The notes under the pieces were generated by a model. That model was not told where the DNA came from. It worked only from the letters and a program-made list of their open reading frames with translations, and made no database searches. Positions 1-9,012 of a stretch of 64,000 bases of DNA are shown one piece after another (the first letter of the stretch is position 1; every line of letters begins with the position of its first letter). Source of the DNA: Candidatus Poribacteria bacterium (lineage in GTDB: Bacteria > Poribacteria > WGA-4E > GCA-2687025); the NCBI GenBank assembly GCA_016866785.1, contig VGLH01000004.1, positions 3,573-67,572 of the forward strand, in the 5' to 3' direction. A program made the translations under genes and the position numbers.

Positions 1-857
1 GCTTCGCTGAGAACGGCTCCTGTCAGGGAATCCTCTGCCTTGCGAGCTCGCCACGGGATAGGGGCTACCGCGTGGAGCACGATGCGCGCGGAGCGGACAC
101 GTCCGCTGGTGAGGGTCACGGCGACGGCAACGCCGGATACCGCCCAGTCGAACGCGCTCTTGTCCGCGGCCTCGAGGAACAGGCTTCGCGAGCCCGCCGC
201 AGGCGTCGGCACATGCACTTCGGTGATGATCTCGTTGCTCTCGAGCACGTTCTCGGCGTAGAGCCGCGTGCGCGGCAGTACGAAGAAGTCGTCGAGCGAG
301 ATCACGCGGGAACCATTGGGGCCCGTCACGCTGACGGAGGCGCTCAACGCGACGAGGGCGGTCGCCGTGTTCGACGGATGCACGATGTGGCACGGCATGC
401 CGCCCAGTATCGCGTGGTACTGGTTGTCCGCCGACGTGTCGGCGGCGAAGCAGCGGTCGCCGCCCTTCTTGAGGCAATGGTAGTCCTCGTTGCGGAAGTA
501 CCAGCAGCGCGGTCGCTGGCACAAGTTCCCGCCCAGCGTGCCGACGTTCCGGATCTGGGGCGAGCCGACCGTCTCCGCCGCCTGCGCGAGAGCCGTGTAG
601 CGGTCTCTAACCGCCGGGTGCCCGGCGATGTCCGCCAGCGTGGTCAGCGCGCCGATGCGCAGCCCGTCCGCCTCCGCCCGGATGTAGCGCAGTCCGTCGA
701 CCGCCTTGAGGTTCACCAAACGGTCAGGCGCGATGAGGTGCTCCTGGAGCGTCGGAACCAGGTCCATGCCGCCGGCAAGGGCGAGTCCACCCTCAGCGCC
801 GAGCGCCCGGACCGCCTGCTCCACCGTGCTGGGAGTGACGTACTCGAAGGACTTCAT
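1..857 (-). CDS. FAD-binding subunit of a xanthine-dehydrogenase-family molybdoenzyme (PaoB/CoxM-like); 3' end runs off the window
   Basis: Absent from the ORF track because it is open at the window edge. My minus-strand translation from ATG 857..855 reads MKSFEYVTPSTVEQAVRALG..GGMDLVPTLQEH..VGTLGGNLCQRPRCWYFRNEDYHCLKKGGDRCFA. The start overlaps the upstream stop as ATGA (854..857). Confidence 0.8.
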   Translation of the reverse strand, partial: MKSFEYVTPSTVEQAVRALGAEGGLALAGGMDLVPTLQEHLIAPDRLVNLKAVDGLRYIRAEADGLRIGALTTLADIAGHPAVRDRYTALAQAAETVGSPQIRNVGTLGGNLCQRPRCWYFRNEDYHCLKKGGDRCFAADTSADNQYHAILGGMPCHIVHPSNTATALVALSASVSVTGPNGSRVISLDDFFVLPRTRLYAENVLESNEIITEVHVPTPAAGSRSLFLEAADKSAFDWAVSGVAVAVTLTSGRVRSARIVLHAVAPIPWRARKAEDSLTGAVLSE

Positions 858-2995
858 GTCGTGCCATTCCCTTTCCGTGCGAGTGCGGCGAGCACCTTCG
901 CGCGCGTGATCGGCAGCGAGGGGACGCGCACGCCGATCGCGTTCTTGACGGCGTTCCCGATGGCTCCGGCGACCGGAATCACAGGCGGTTCACCGATTCC
1001 GATGACTCCGCGCGAGAGGGATTCCTCCTCCATCCAGACGACTGGGATGATCTCCGGCATGTCGGGCGTCGTCAGAATCTTGTACGTCTCCAGGTTCGGG
1101 TTGATCTGTTGACCCTGGATCCGATCCATGATCCGGTCTTCGTAGAGCGCCCACGACATGCCTTGGATCGCGCCGCCGATGATCTGGCTCTCGGTCGTCA
1201 GCTTGTCGATGACGAGTCCGCAGTCCTGGACAGACACGAGCCGCCGGACCATGATCTTGCCCGTCTCCGTATCGACGTCGACCTCGGCGGCACAGCATCC
1301 CGCCACGCCGCTGCTCGACAGGCTCCGGTCATGCGCGCCATGGACCGACATGGACTCCGTTCCGAGCAGCGCGCACGCGTCCTTCCACGAGATGGACTTG
1401 CTCGCGTCGCCGGAGTCGCGAATCATGCCGTCTCGCGCTTCGAGCAGGTCGGGCGTCGTGTGGAGCGCCTGCGCGACTTTCGCGAACAGCGCGTCGCGCG
1501 CCATGTCCGCCGTCACCTTGATCGCCGGTGCGACCGACGGGGTCGTCGTCGAGCCGCCGCTGCCGCCGGAAGGCGGGAAGGACGTGTCGCCGATGAGCGG
1601 CGTGATCGCCGACACCGGCAGACCGAGCTCCTCCGCTGCCACGACGGCGACGACCGTTCGGGCGCCGGTTCCCAGGTCCTGCGTGCCGCACTTAACGATG
1701 ACGCTGCCGTCGGCATGGATATCGACCTGTGCCTGCGTGCCGCCTCCGCCTCCGCCCCAGGTGGCGGAACCAATGCCGTAGCCACGCTTGATGACACCGG
1801 GTAGGCTCCCGCTCGGGCGGCGGTTGCTCCAGCCGATCATCTCCGCCGCGACGGCGTACTGGCGATGCCGGCGGTCGCTCCCGTCGTTCTTCTTGCGGAG
1901 TTCAATCGGGTCCATTCCCAGCGCGTCGGCGAGGTCATCCATCGCGGATTCCATGCCGAACGAAGCCTGCGGATGACCCGGAGCCCGCATCGCGCGGGCG
2001 TTGCCCGCGTTGATGTAGACGTCGGAGTGCTGGGCGCGCACGGTCCCGGTCCGGTAGATGTACGGAGTGGGGAACCCCGCTCCGGACCCGATCCCGCCGG
2101 TTCCGTACGACCGCACTTGGTAGCCGACGACCGTGCCGTCCTTCTTCGCCCCCAACTTCACCTGCTGGATGCTCGAAGGTCGGTTCCCGGAGTTGGTCGA
2201 CTCCTGCTCGCGCGTCAGCATGAGCCGCACGGGAGCCTTCGCCATCTTCGCGAGCCGGGCGCAAGCGATACCCTCTTCGCCGGGCCCGAACTTGCTGCCG
2301 AACCCGCCGCCCATGTAGTCGGTGACGACGCGGACGTTGCTGGCATCCAGTCCGAGTGCGCCCGTCAGACCGTCGCGGACGCTGAAGACGCCTTGCGTCG
2401 ATGCCCAGACGGTCAACTGGTCTTGGGCGTCGTTCCACTCGCAGACGACGCCGTGCGTCTCCAGGCAGACGTGCCCCTGAACCTGCGTCGAGTAGGTTCC
2501 ATCGATGGTGGCGTCGGCTCCGGCGAACGCCGCATCGACGTCACCATCCGTGCGCACGTTGCCGTCGTTGGCATTCGCCCGACCTTCGCCGCGTGCCATG
2601 GGGGCGTTGGGCTTGAGGGCATCTTCCTCGCGCACGACGAACGGATAGGTTTCGAACTCGACCTTCACGAGGCGCGCTGCGTCGGTTGCGATGTCCTCGC
2701 TGACGGCGGCGACGGCGGCGACGAACTCACCGGCGAACCGGCACATATCGCGGGCGTTGCGCAGCGCCAGCACCGCTTTGACGCCGGGCAGCGCTTCGGC
2801 GGCGCTCAAGTCCAGCGACGTGATCTTGGCATTCGGATGCGGGCAGGTGACGAGGCGCCCGGCGAGGCACTGCTTCGGCTTGATGTCGTAGGTGTACTTC
2901 GCTCGACCGGTGACCTTCGCGACGGCGTCGACGCGAGGCGTGCTCTTCGTCACCACCGTCATCTGGTCGGTCGGCTTCCACGGCGTGACAGCCAT
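854..2995 (-). CDS. Molybdopterin-binding large subunit of a xanthine dehydrogenase/aldehyde oxidoreductase family enzyme (PaoC/CoxL-like)
   Basis: 713-aa ORF. N-terminus KSTPRVDAVAKVTGRAKYTYD and length are typical of Moco large subunits. It lies between the FeS and FAD subunit genes with near-zero spacing. Confidence 0.9.
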   Translation of the reverse strand: MAVTPWKPTDQMTVVTKSTPRVDAVAKVTGRAKYTYDIKPKQCLAGRLVTCPHPNAKITSLDLSAAEALPGVKAVLALRNARDMCRFAGEFVAAVAAVSEDIATDAARLVKVEFETYPFVVREEDALKPNAPMARGEGRANANDGNVRTDGDVDAAFAGADATIDGTYSTQVQGHVCLETHGVVCEWNDAQDQLTVWASTQGVFSVRDGLTGALGLDASNVRVVTDYMGGGFGSKFGPGEEGIACARLAKMAKAPVRLMLTREQESTNSGNRPSSIQQVKLGAKKDGTVVGYQVRSYGTGGIGSGAGFPTPYIYRTGTVRAQHSDVYINAGNARAMRAPGHPQASFGMESAMDDLADALGMDPIELRKKNDGSDRRHRQYAVAAEMIGWSNRRPSGSLPGVIKRGYGIGSATWGGGGGGTQAQVDIHADGSVIVKCGTQDLGTGARTVVAVVAAEELGLPVSAITPLIGDTSFPPSGGSGGSTTTPSVAPAIKVTADMARDALFAKVAQALHTTPDLLEARDGMIRDSGDASKSISWKDACALLGTESMSVHGAHDRSLSSSGVAGCCAAEVDVDTETGKIMVRRLVSVQDCGLVIDKLTTESQIIGGAIQGMSWALYEDRIMDRIQGQQINPNLETYKILTTPDMPEIIPVVWMEEESLSRGVIGIGEPPVIPVAGAIGNAVKNAIGVRVPSLPITRAKVLAALARKGNGTT

Positions 2996-2998
2996 CGG

Positions 2999-3661
2999 TT
3001 AGGCTCCTTCTCGCATCCGCTCCGCGGCGGTCATCGTCGCCTCGAATATGCGCGTGTACGTGCCGCATCGGCAAATGTTGCCGGCGAGAGAGCGCTTCAC
3101 GTCATCCAGGGTCGGGTTCTTGTTCTCGTTCAGGAGGGCGGTCACGGACATGATGAAGCCCGGTGTGCAGAAGCCGCACATCAGGGCGTCGTGTTCCACG
3201 AACGCCTGTTGGACGGGATGGAGATCGTCTCCGTCTGCCAGACCCTCGACCGTTGTGATTTCGGATCCCTGCGCGTCCATCGCCAGGATAGAACAGGAGT
3301 ACACGGGCGCTCCGTCCTTGAGAACCGTGCAGCCACCGCACGAGGCTCGCAGGCATATGGGCTTTGCGCCGGTGAGTTCCAGATGATTCCTGAGCGCGTC
3401 GAGGAGCGTCGTTCTCGATTCGACGCGGCTGATCGTGTGGGTCTTGCCGTTGACCTTGAGCGTCACCGGACCCATCGAGACGCCCTTGATGGCTTCCTGG
3501 GCGTTCCCCGCGTTGGGTCGAACGACGGGCAGTATGGAAGCGGCGACCGTCGCGCCGCCGACCCCCTTGAGGAAGGTCCGGCGCGAGACGCCGCCCTGCT
3601 GGGAGCTCGTCGGCTCCTCAGAATGGGACGGGGCGTCAGGACGCTTCGTGTGCTCTGGCAT
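2999..3661 (-). CDS. [2Fe-2S]-binding small subunit with twin-arginine (Tat) signal (PaoA-like)
   Basis: SRRTFLKGVGGATVAASILP Tat motif at the N-terminus. Plant-type and second 2Fe-2S Cys motifs are present (CLRASCGGCTV, CGFCTPG, CRCGTY). Confidence 0.9.
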   Translation of the reverse strand: MPEHTKRPDAPSHSEEPTSSQQGGVSRRTFLKGVGGATVAASILPVVRPNAGNAQEAIKGVSMGPVTLKVNGKTHTISRVESRTTLLDALRNHLELTGAKPICLRASCGGCTVLKDGAPVYSCSILAMDAQGSEITTVEGLADGDDLHPVQQAFVEHDALMCGFCTPGFIMSVTALLNENKNPTLDDVKRSLAGNICRCGTYTRIFEATMTAAERMREGA

Positions 3662-3961
3662 GGTGCGCGACGTCCTTTGCTGGTGGCGGCGATACGAGGG
3701 GTAGCCGACGATGGTCAGTCCCCATCGGCGAGGGATCGTTCTCTATGGAGCAAGTGCCTCAGCCGGTTCGCGGATCGTACCACGCGCTGCGGAGTGTGTC
3801 AACGCAGGCGCGACGATCAGATGGCTGTTTCAAGAACATCGCTGCCCTGCGCCTCTGCAGCGCAGGCGAGCGGCTGTCGCTCAAACGCAACGGCACCCGT
3901 CGACGCGCAGACCTTCTGCCGTCGTCGCTCCTGTGTTCCCGCTCTCGCCGGGACAGGCGTT

Positions 3962-4055
3962 GGGAGCCTAGAGTCTGGGTTCCGGCGTTCGCACGAATGA
4001 CGAGACATAGCGGGCTCGCGTAGCTGGACGAGACCCGCTCATGAAACAGCCCTGC
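3962..4055. repeat. Copy 1 of a ~95-nt intergenic element (decayed REP-like palindrome plus conserved TCATGAAACAGCCCTGC block); second copy at 54970..55065
   Basis: Hand alignment: 3962..4004 vs 54970..55012 is 34/43 identical; 4029..4055 vs 55039..55065 is 25/27 identical. Confidence 0.75.
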
Positions 4056-4072
4056 GCGCGTGGAACTTCCGC

Positions 4073-4100
4073 TTGCAGTGCCAGGGCATAGTGCTATAAT
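4073..4100 (+). promoter_or_regulatory. Candidate sigma70-type promoter of the nuo operon
   Basis: TTGCAG (4073..4078), 16-nt spacer, TATAAT (4095..4100) preceded by TG at 4092..4093 (extended -10). About 100 nt upstream of nuoA. Confidence 0.5.
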
Positions 4101-4199
4101 ACGTCTTGGCGCATGGCCGCCCCATCGTCGGGCGCCACCAAGGATCGGGTCCCAGAAGCCCTAGGGATGTGCTTGGCGCGAGGGAGGCAGTGCTGTTCG

Positions 4200-4592
4200 A
4201 TGCGCTATGAGTTCGCGAATGTGTTCGTCTTCCTCGTCGTGGCGTGCGCATTCGTCTTTGTGAACAACGTCCTCTCCAAGCTGTTCCACACGAAGCTATT
4301 CAGCGCCGAGAAGTCTCTCCCGTATGAGTGCGGGGAAGACCCGGTCGACGATGCCCGCCTCAAGTTCAATATCCGGTTCTACATCATCGCGCTGATCTTC
4401 CTCGTGTTCGACGTCGAGATCGCGTTCCTGTTCCCCTGGGCGGTGGTGTTCCGCCAGATCGGGATGGTCGCGTTCGTCGAGATGCTCGTGTTCATGCTGA
4501 TGCTCTTCGTCGGGCTCGCCTATGTCTGGGCGAAGGGCGATCTCGAGTGGGTGCGGGCGCATCACGGTCGCCGCACGACGTCTCCGGAGTAG
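4200..4592 (+). CDS. nuoA: NADH-quinone oxidoreductase subunit A
   Basis: PYECGEDP and [12 protein letters not shown] motifs. I place the start at ATG 4200 (MRYEF), behind GGAGG-like GAGGGAGG, rather than the ORF-track start at 4113. Confidence 0.9.
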   Translation: MRYEFANVFVFLVVACAFVFVNNVLSKLFHTKLFSAEKSLPYECGEDPVDDARLKFNIRFYIIALIFLVFDVEIAFLFPWAVVFRQIGMVAFVEMLVFMLMLFVGLAYVWAKGDLEWVRAHHGRRTTSPE

Positions 4593-4597
4593 CTAGG

Positions 4598-5086
4598 ATG
4601 CGCATCCTCCAAGACCAGTTCGACAAGAACGTGCTCGTCACGACCGTTGACGCCGTGGTCAACTGGGCGCGCCTCTCCTCGCTATGGCCCATGACGTTCG
4701 GCCTCGCGTGCTGCGCCATCGAGTTCATGGCGACGGCGGCTTCGCACAACGATTTGGACCGGTTCGGCGCGGGAGTTCCCCGAGCGACGCCCAGGCAATC
4801 CGACCTGATCATCGTGTCGGGAACCGTGACGCTGAAGATGGCGACGCGCGTGAAGCGCCTCTATGAGCAGATGGCAGAGCCGAAATACGTGATCTCGATG
4901 GGAAGCTGCGCGACGAGCGGCGGACCCTACTGGCAGCACGGATACTCCGTGCTGAAGGGAGTCGATCGTGTAATCCCCGTCGACGTATATGTGCCGGGCT
5001 GTCCTCCGCGACCGGAGGCGGTCATCGAAGGACTGCTCAAGCTCCAGGACAAGATCCGCGCGACAACGCTCGCGAAGAAGTCTTAG
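4598..5086 (+). CDS. nuoB: NADH-quinone oxidoreductase subunit B (N2 cluster ligands present)
   Basis: [23 protein letters not shown] and [10 protein letters not shown] motifs. Internal ATG 4598 ([10 protein letters not shown]) sits right after the nuoA stop. Confidence 0.95.
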   Translation: MRILQDQFDKNVLVTTVDAVVNWARLSSLWPMTFGLACCAIEFMATAASHNDLDRFGAGVPRATPRQSDLIIVSGTVTLKMATRVKRLYEQMAEPKYVISMGSCATSGGPYWQHGYSVLKGVDRVIPVDVYVPGCPPRPEAVIEGLLKLQDKIRATTLAKKS

Positions 5087-5117
5087 CGGAAGTCGAGAAC
5101 CAGTTCTGGGGGCCCGT

Positions 5118-5603
5118 GTGACCGAGCCAGAGATCCGCGACCGGTTGGTCGCCCAATGCAGCCAGGGCGCGATTCTCCCTGAAGGCGACGACGCGCTCTC
5201 GGCAACGCCGGTCGAGATACGTGTCCACGCATCGTACCTTGCCGAAGTCGCCAGGGTCTGCCGGGGCGACAGCGAGCTCCATTTCGACTCGCTCATGTGC
5301 CTCTCGGCTCTGGATCGCGGCGACGCGCTCTCCGTCGTCTACCATCTGCACTCGATGTCGTTGCGCCACAGAGCCGCGCTACGCGTGGACCTGCCTCGGG
5401 CGAACCCGGTCGTCGAGACGGTCTGTGGCGTGTGGCGGACGGCGGAATGGCACGAGCGCGAGGCGTACGACATGCTGGGCGTGCGATTCGAGGGACACCC
5501 CGATCTGCGCCGAATCCTGCTGCCGAACGACTGGGTGGGCTACCCACTGCGCAAGGACTACGAGACGCCCACGTTCTATCGCGGCATGAAGGTTCCGTAC
5601 TGA
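5118..5603 (+). CDS. nuoC: NADH-quinone oxidoreductase subunit C
   Basis: WRTAEWHEREAYDMLGVRFEGHPDLRRILLP motif. Probable GTG start at 5118, after the nuoB stop. Confidence 0.9.
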   Translation: MTEPEIRDRLVAQCSQGAILPEGDDALSATPVEIRVHASYLAEVARVCRGDSELHFDSLMCLSALDRGDALSVVYHLHSMSLRHRAALRVDLPRANPVVETVCGVWRTAEWHEREAYDMLGVRFEGHPDLRRILLPNDWVGYPLRKDYETPTFYRGMKVPY

Positions 5604-5613
5604 GGAGCGCGCG

Positions 5614-6765
5614 ATGCGCCAGGCGGTTGCCCGGGAGCTTCGCTCCGACGAGATGATCATCAACATGGGCCCGCAGCACCCGAGCACTCACGGCGTGCTG
5701 CGTCTGGAGCTCAAGGCGGATGGCGAGATCGTCGAGGAAGCGATCCCACACATCGGGTACCTGCATCGCGACTTTGAGAAGCACGCCGAGAAGCTGCCCT
5801 ATCCGCAGATCATCCCGTACACCGACCGCATGGACTACATCGCGGCGATGAACAACGAACTGGGCTTCTGCCTCGCCGTGGAAGCCCTCTTCGAGAGGGG
5901 CGGCAAGCCCATCGAAATCCCGGAGAAGGGGCAGTACATCCGCGTCATCGTCGCGGAGCTGAACCGGATAGCGAGCCATCTGCTCGCGTTCGGCACGTAC
6001 GGCATGGACATCGGCGCGTTCACTCCCTTCCTCTATGCGTTCCGTGATCGCGAGCAGGTCCTCGGTCTGTTCGAGGAGGTTTCCGGGGCGCGGCTGCTAT
6101 ACAACTACATCAGGATCGGCGGCGTGGCGCGCGACCTCACGCCGGACTTCCATCACAAGACCAGACGGTTCCTCGACTACTTCGAGCCGCAGATCGACAC
6201 CTACAACGACCTCTTGTCCAAGAACAAGGTATTCCTTGAGAGGACACGCGGCGTCGCGGTGATGAGCGCGGAGCAGGCGATCTCCTACGGCTGGACGGGC
6301 CCCAACCTGCGGGGTTCCGGCGTCAAGTGGGACTTGAGGAAAGACGAACCCTACGGCATCTACGACCGGTTCGAGTTCGACGTGCCGGTGGGCGAGACGG
6401 GCGACTGCTGGGATCGGTACTTCGTCCGCATGGAGGAGTTCCGACAGAGCGTGCGAATCGTTCGCCAAGCGCTGCATCAGATGGAGTCCTCCGGGCTCCT
6501 GCAGTCTGATGAAATCATGGGCAAGGTTCGCGGGACGATCCGTCCGCCGGCTGGAGTCGTCTACTCCCGAACGGAGGCGCCACGTGGCGATCTGGGGTTC
6601 TACATCGTGTGCGACGGAACCGAGTACCCCCAGCGCCTAAAGGTGCGTTCCCCCTGCTTCACGGCGCTGAGCGCCATGCAGGAATTGAGCCGGGGACTGA
6701 TGGTCGCCGACATGATCGCGATCATCGGCAGCATCGACATCGTCATGGGCGAAGTGGACCGCTAG
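5614..6765 (+). CDS. nuoD: NADH-quinone oxidoreductase subunit D
   Basis: INMGPQHPSTHGVLRL, GYLHRDFEKH and the C-terminal SIDIVMGEVDR are hallmark NuoD motifs. Confidence 0.95.
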   Translation: MRQAVARELRSDEMIINMGPQHPSTHGVLRLELKADGEIVEEAIPHIGYLHRDFEKHAEKLPYPQIIPYTDRMDYIAAMNNELGFCLAVEALFERGGKPIEIPEKGQYIRVIVAELNRIASHLLAFGTYGMDIGAFTPFLYAFRDREQVLGLFEEVSGARLLYNYIRIGGVARDLTPDFHHKTRRFLDYFEPQIDTYNDLLSKNKVFLERTRGVAVMSAEQAISYGWTGPNLRGSGVKWDLRKDEPYGIYDRFEFDVPVGETGDCWDRYFVRMEEFRQSVRIVRQALHQMESSGLLQSDEIMGKVRGTIRPPAGVVYSRTEAPRGDLGFYIVCDGTEYPQRLKVRSPCFTALSAMQELSRGLMVADMIAIIGSIDIVMGEVDR

Positions 6766-6786
6766 AGGGATTCGGGGCGAGCTAGC

Positions 6787-8034
6787 ATGCGGGACATGGA
6801 ACTGATCGCGGAAGGCGTGCGGACGGGGCTCGCCAAGGCGACCCAGACGCTGGGCTTGGGCGGCGAGTGGCCTCTCGCTCTGCCTCTGAACGCGGTCGTT
6901 GCAGCAATGTACATCGCGCTGGCTGCGGTGTCCGTTGGGATCGTCGCAGCCGTCCCGATCATCCTCGTCCTCGCCGAGAGGAAGGTGTCCGCGTACTTCC
7001 AAGACCGTCTGGGCCCCATGCGCGTTGGTCCGTGGGGACTGCTCGTCACCTTGGCGGACGGCGTCAAGCTGCTGTTCAAGGAGGACATCATCCCTCCTCA
7101 GGGAGATCGGACGCTCTTCCGCCTCGCCCCGTACGTCGTGTTCGCCTCGTCGTTCGCGGCTGTGGTGGCGCTGCCTGTGTTCCCGTCAGCGATCCTCGGC
7201 AACGTGAGCATCGGCATCTTCTACATCATGGCGATCTCCTCGCTCGGGGCGTTGGGGATCATGATGGCGGGCTGGGCGTCGAACAGCAAATGGTCGCTCT
7301 TCGGCGCGATGCGTGCCGCTGCGCAGATCGTCAGCTACGAGATTCCGCTCGGGCTCTCGATCCTCATGATCGTGATGACGACCGGCACGCTGAACATGCA
7401 GGAGATCGTCCAAGGGCAGTCGGATGGGATCGGCGACTGGCTCGTGTTCCGCCATCCGTTCCTGTTCGGCGCCGGGCTCATCTACTTCATCAGTTCCATC
7501 GCCGAGGTGAACCGTACCCCCTTCGATCTGCCGGAGGCGGAGTCGGAGTTGGTCGCCGGCTTCCACACCGAGTACAGCGGGATCCGGTTCGCGTATTTCT
7601 TCCTCGCGGAGTACGCGAACATGTTCATCGTCACCGCGATCCTGACGACGCTGTTCTTCGGCGGCTGGTCGAGCCCGCTGGGCGGCGAGGCGCTTCTGCC
7701 CGGCGCGGTGTGGTTCATCGCAAAGGCGGCGGTCATCATCTTCGTCATGATGTGGATCCGGTGGACGCTGCCGCGCGTGCGCGTCGATCAGCTCATGAAC
7801 CTGTGCTGGAAGTACTTCCTCCCGATTTCGTTCGTGAACATCCTCGGCACCGGAGTACTGCTGCTGCTGGAGGGAGAGGGCATCGGGCTCAAACTCGGAG
7901 AAGCCTTCATCGGCGTCGGCGCGGTATCGTGGGTAGTGGTCCCGGTCGCTTTGGTCGTGACCGGATTGGCGGCATTCTCGGGCGGCGATGCGAAGCCGCG
8001 TGCTGTCCGACCGCTGACTCCGTCGAGTAGCTAG
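6787..8034 (+). CDS. nuoH: NADH-quinone oxidoreductase subunit H, with a C-terminal extension containing an extra hydrophobic segment
   Basis: AERKVSAYFQDRLGP, LADGVKLLFKED and EAESELVAGFHTEYSG motifs. 415 aa. Confidence 0.95.
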   Translation: MRDMELIAEGVRTGLAKATQTLGLGGEWPLALPLNAVVAAMYIALAAVSVGIVAAVPIILVLAERKVSAYFQDRLGPMRVGPWGLLVTLADGVKLLFKEDIIPPQGDRTLFRLAPYVVFASSFAAVVALPVFPSAILGNVSIGIFYIMAISSLGALGIMMAGWASNSKWSLFGAMRAAAQIVSYEIPLGLSILMIVMTTGTLNMQEIVQGQSDGIGDWLVFRHPFLFGAGLIYFISSIAEVNRTPFDLPEAESELVAGFHTEYSGIRFAYFFLAEYANMFIVTAILTTLFFGGWSSPLGGEALLPGAVWFIAKAAVIIFVMMWIRWTLPRVRVDQLMNLCWKYFLPISFVNILGTGVLLLLEGEGIGLKLGEAFIGVGAVSWVVVPVALVVTGLAAFSGGDAKPRAVRPLTPSSS

Positions 8035-8037
8035 ACC

Positions 8038-9012
8038 ATGTCATCCGTCATCTTCTACGGCTTCGCGTTCTTGGCAATCGTCACGGCTCTCGTGGTCGTG
8101 ACGTCGCGGAACGTCGTTCATTCGGCGTTCGCGCTGATGGTCACCTTGTTCTGCGTCGCCGCCTTCTATGTGTATCTGGACGCCGACTTCCTCGCGGCGA
8201 TCCAGCTCATCGTGTATGTGGGCGGAATCCTCGTGCTGGTTCTCTTCGGCGTGATGATGACCAGCGGCAGACTCGACATGAAGCTGCGCGCAGACGCCGG
8301 GCTCATCGCCCCAGCCGTGATCGTCGGCTTGCTGCTGATGGGGCTGCTCCTGTACGTCGCGCGCTCCGATTCGGCGTGGAAGCGCCAGATTCTGGTCGAG
8401 GACGCGTCCCAGCAGGCGGCTTCCCACATTGCCGAACAAGCCAAGTCTCACACGGAGCTGAAGGCGGTCAGAACGACTCCGGTCGTGCGGCGGTTCACCG
8501 CGTCCTACAGTTTTTCCGAAGCGCCGGACGCATCGGCGCGCCAGATGCTGTCACGGCACGTCGAGGACACCATCCGCAAGACCGGGCTGACGCGGCTCTA
8601 CGTCACGAGCGTCCGATCTGGTCGCGGCTCGGATCGACGGATCGAGGTCGCCGTCGAGAAGCGGCGCACCACGCTCATGGACCCGACGCGCAATCTGTCT
8701 GCCGAAGAGCTGGATGCGATGACTCAGGCTCTGACTTCGGTGATCCCCGGCTTCGTGCCTGAGTCGGTCCAAGTCGTCATTGCGGTGGAACCGGTTCACA
8801 TGCTCCTCATCGAGGGCGTGACCGACCAAGCGGTGTCGCGCCTGACCGAAGACATGGGCTTGCGTGTCGTGGAGGACGAGAAGGGCGTCGTCGGTCTGGG
8901 CGACAGCGTGATGATGGGCGAGTACCTGTTGCCGTTCGAGGTGACGGGTCTCCTCCTGCTGGTCGCTCTGATCGGAGCCGCCGTGATCTCGCGGAAAGGG
9001 GTCGTCGTCTGA
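8038..9012 (+). CDS. nuoJ: NADH-quinone oxidoreductase subunit J with an enlarged loop between predicted TM4 and TM5
   Basis: N-terminal TM1-3 region (FLAAIQLIVYVGGILVLVLFGVMM) and C-terminal YLLPFEVTGLLLLVALIGA are NuoJ-like. 324 aa. Confidence 0.85.
   Translation: MSSVIFYGFAFLAIVTALVVVTSRNVVHSAFALMVTLFCVAAFYVYLDADFLAAIQLIVYVGGILVLVLFGVMMTSGRLDMKLRADAGLIAPAVIVGLLLMGLLLYVARSDSAWKRQILVEDASQQAASHIAEQAKSHTELKAVRTTPVVRRFTASYSFSEAPDASARQMLSRHVEDTIRKTGLTRLYVTSVRSGRGSDRRIEVAVEKRRTTLMDPTRNLSAEELDAMTQALTSVIPGFVPESVQVVIAVEPVHMLLIEGVTDQAVSRLTEDMGLRVVEDEKGVVGLGDSVMMGEYLLPFEVTGLLLLVALIGAAVISRKGVVV

Noticed and set aside
4041-4091. 16-codon mini-ORF MKQPCARGTSACSARA starting at the ATG inside the repeated block.
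   Set aside because: Only the first five codons are shared with the second copy. After that the frames diverge completely, so conservation is at the nucleotide level, not the peptide level.
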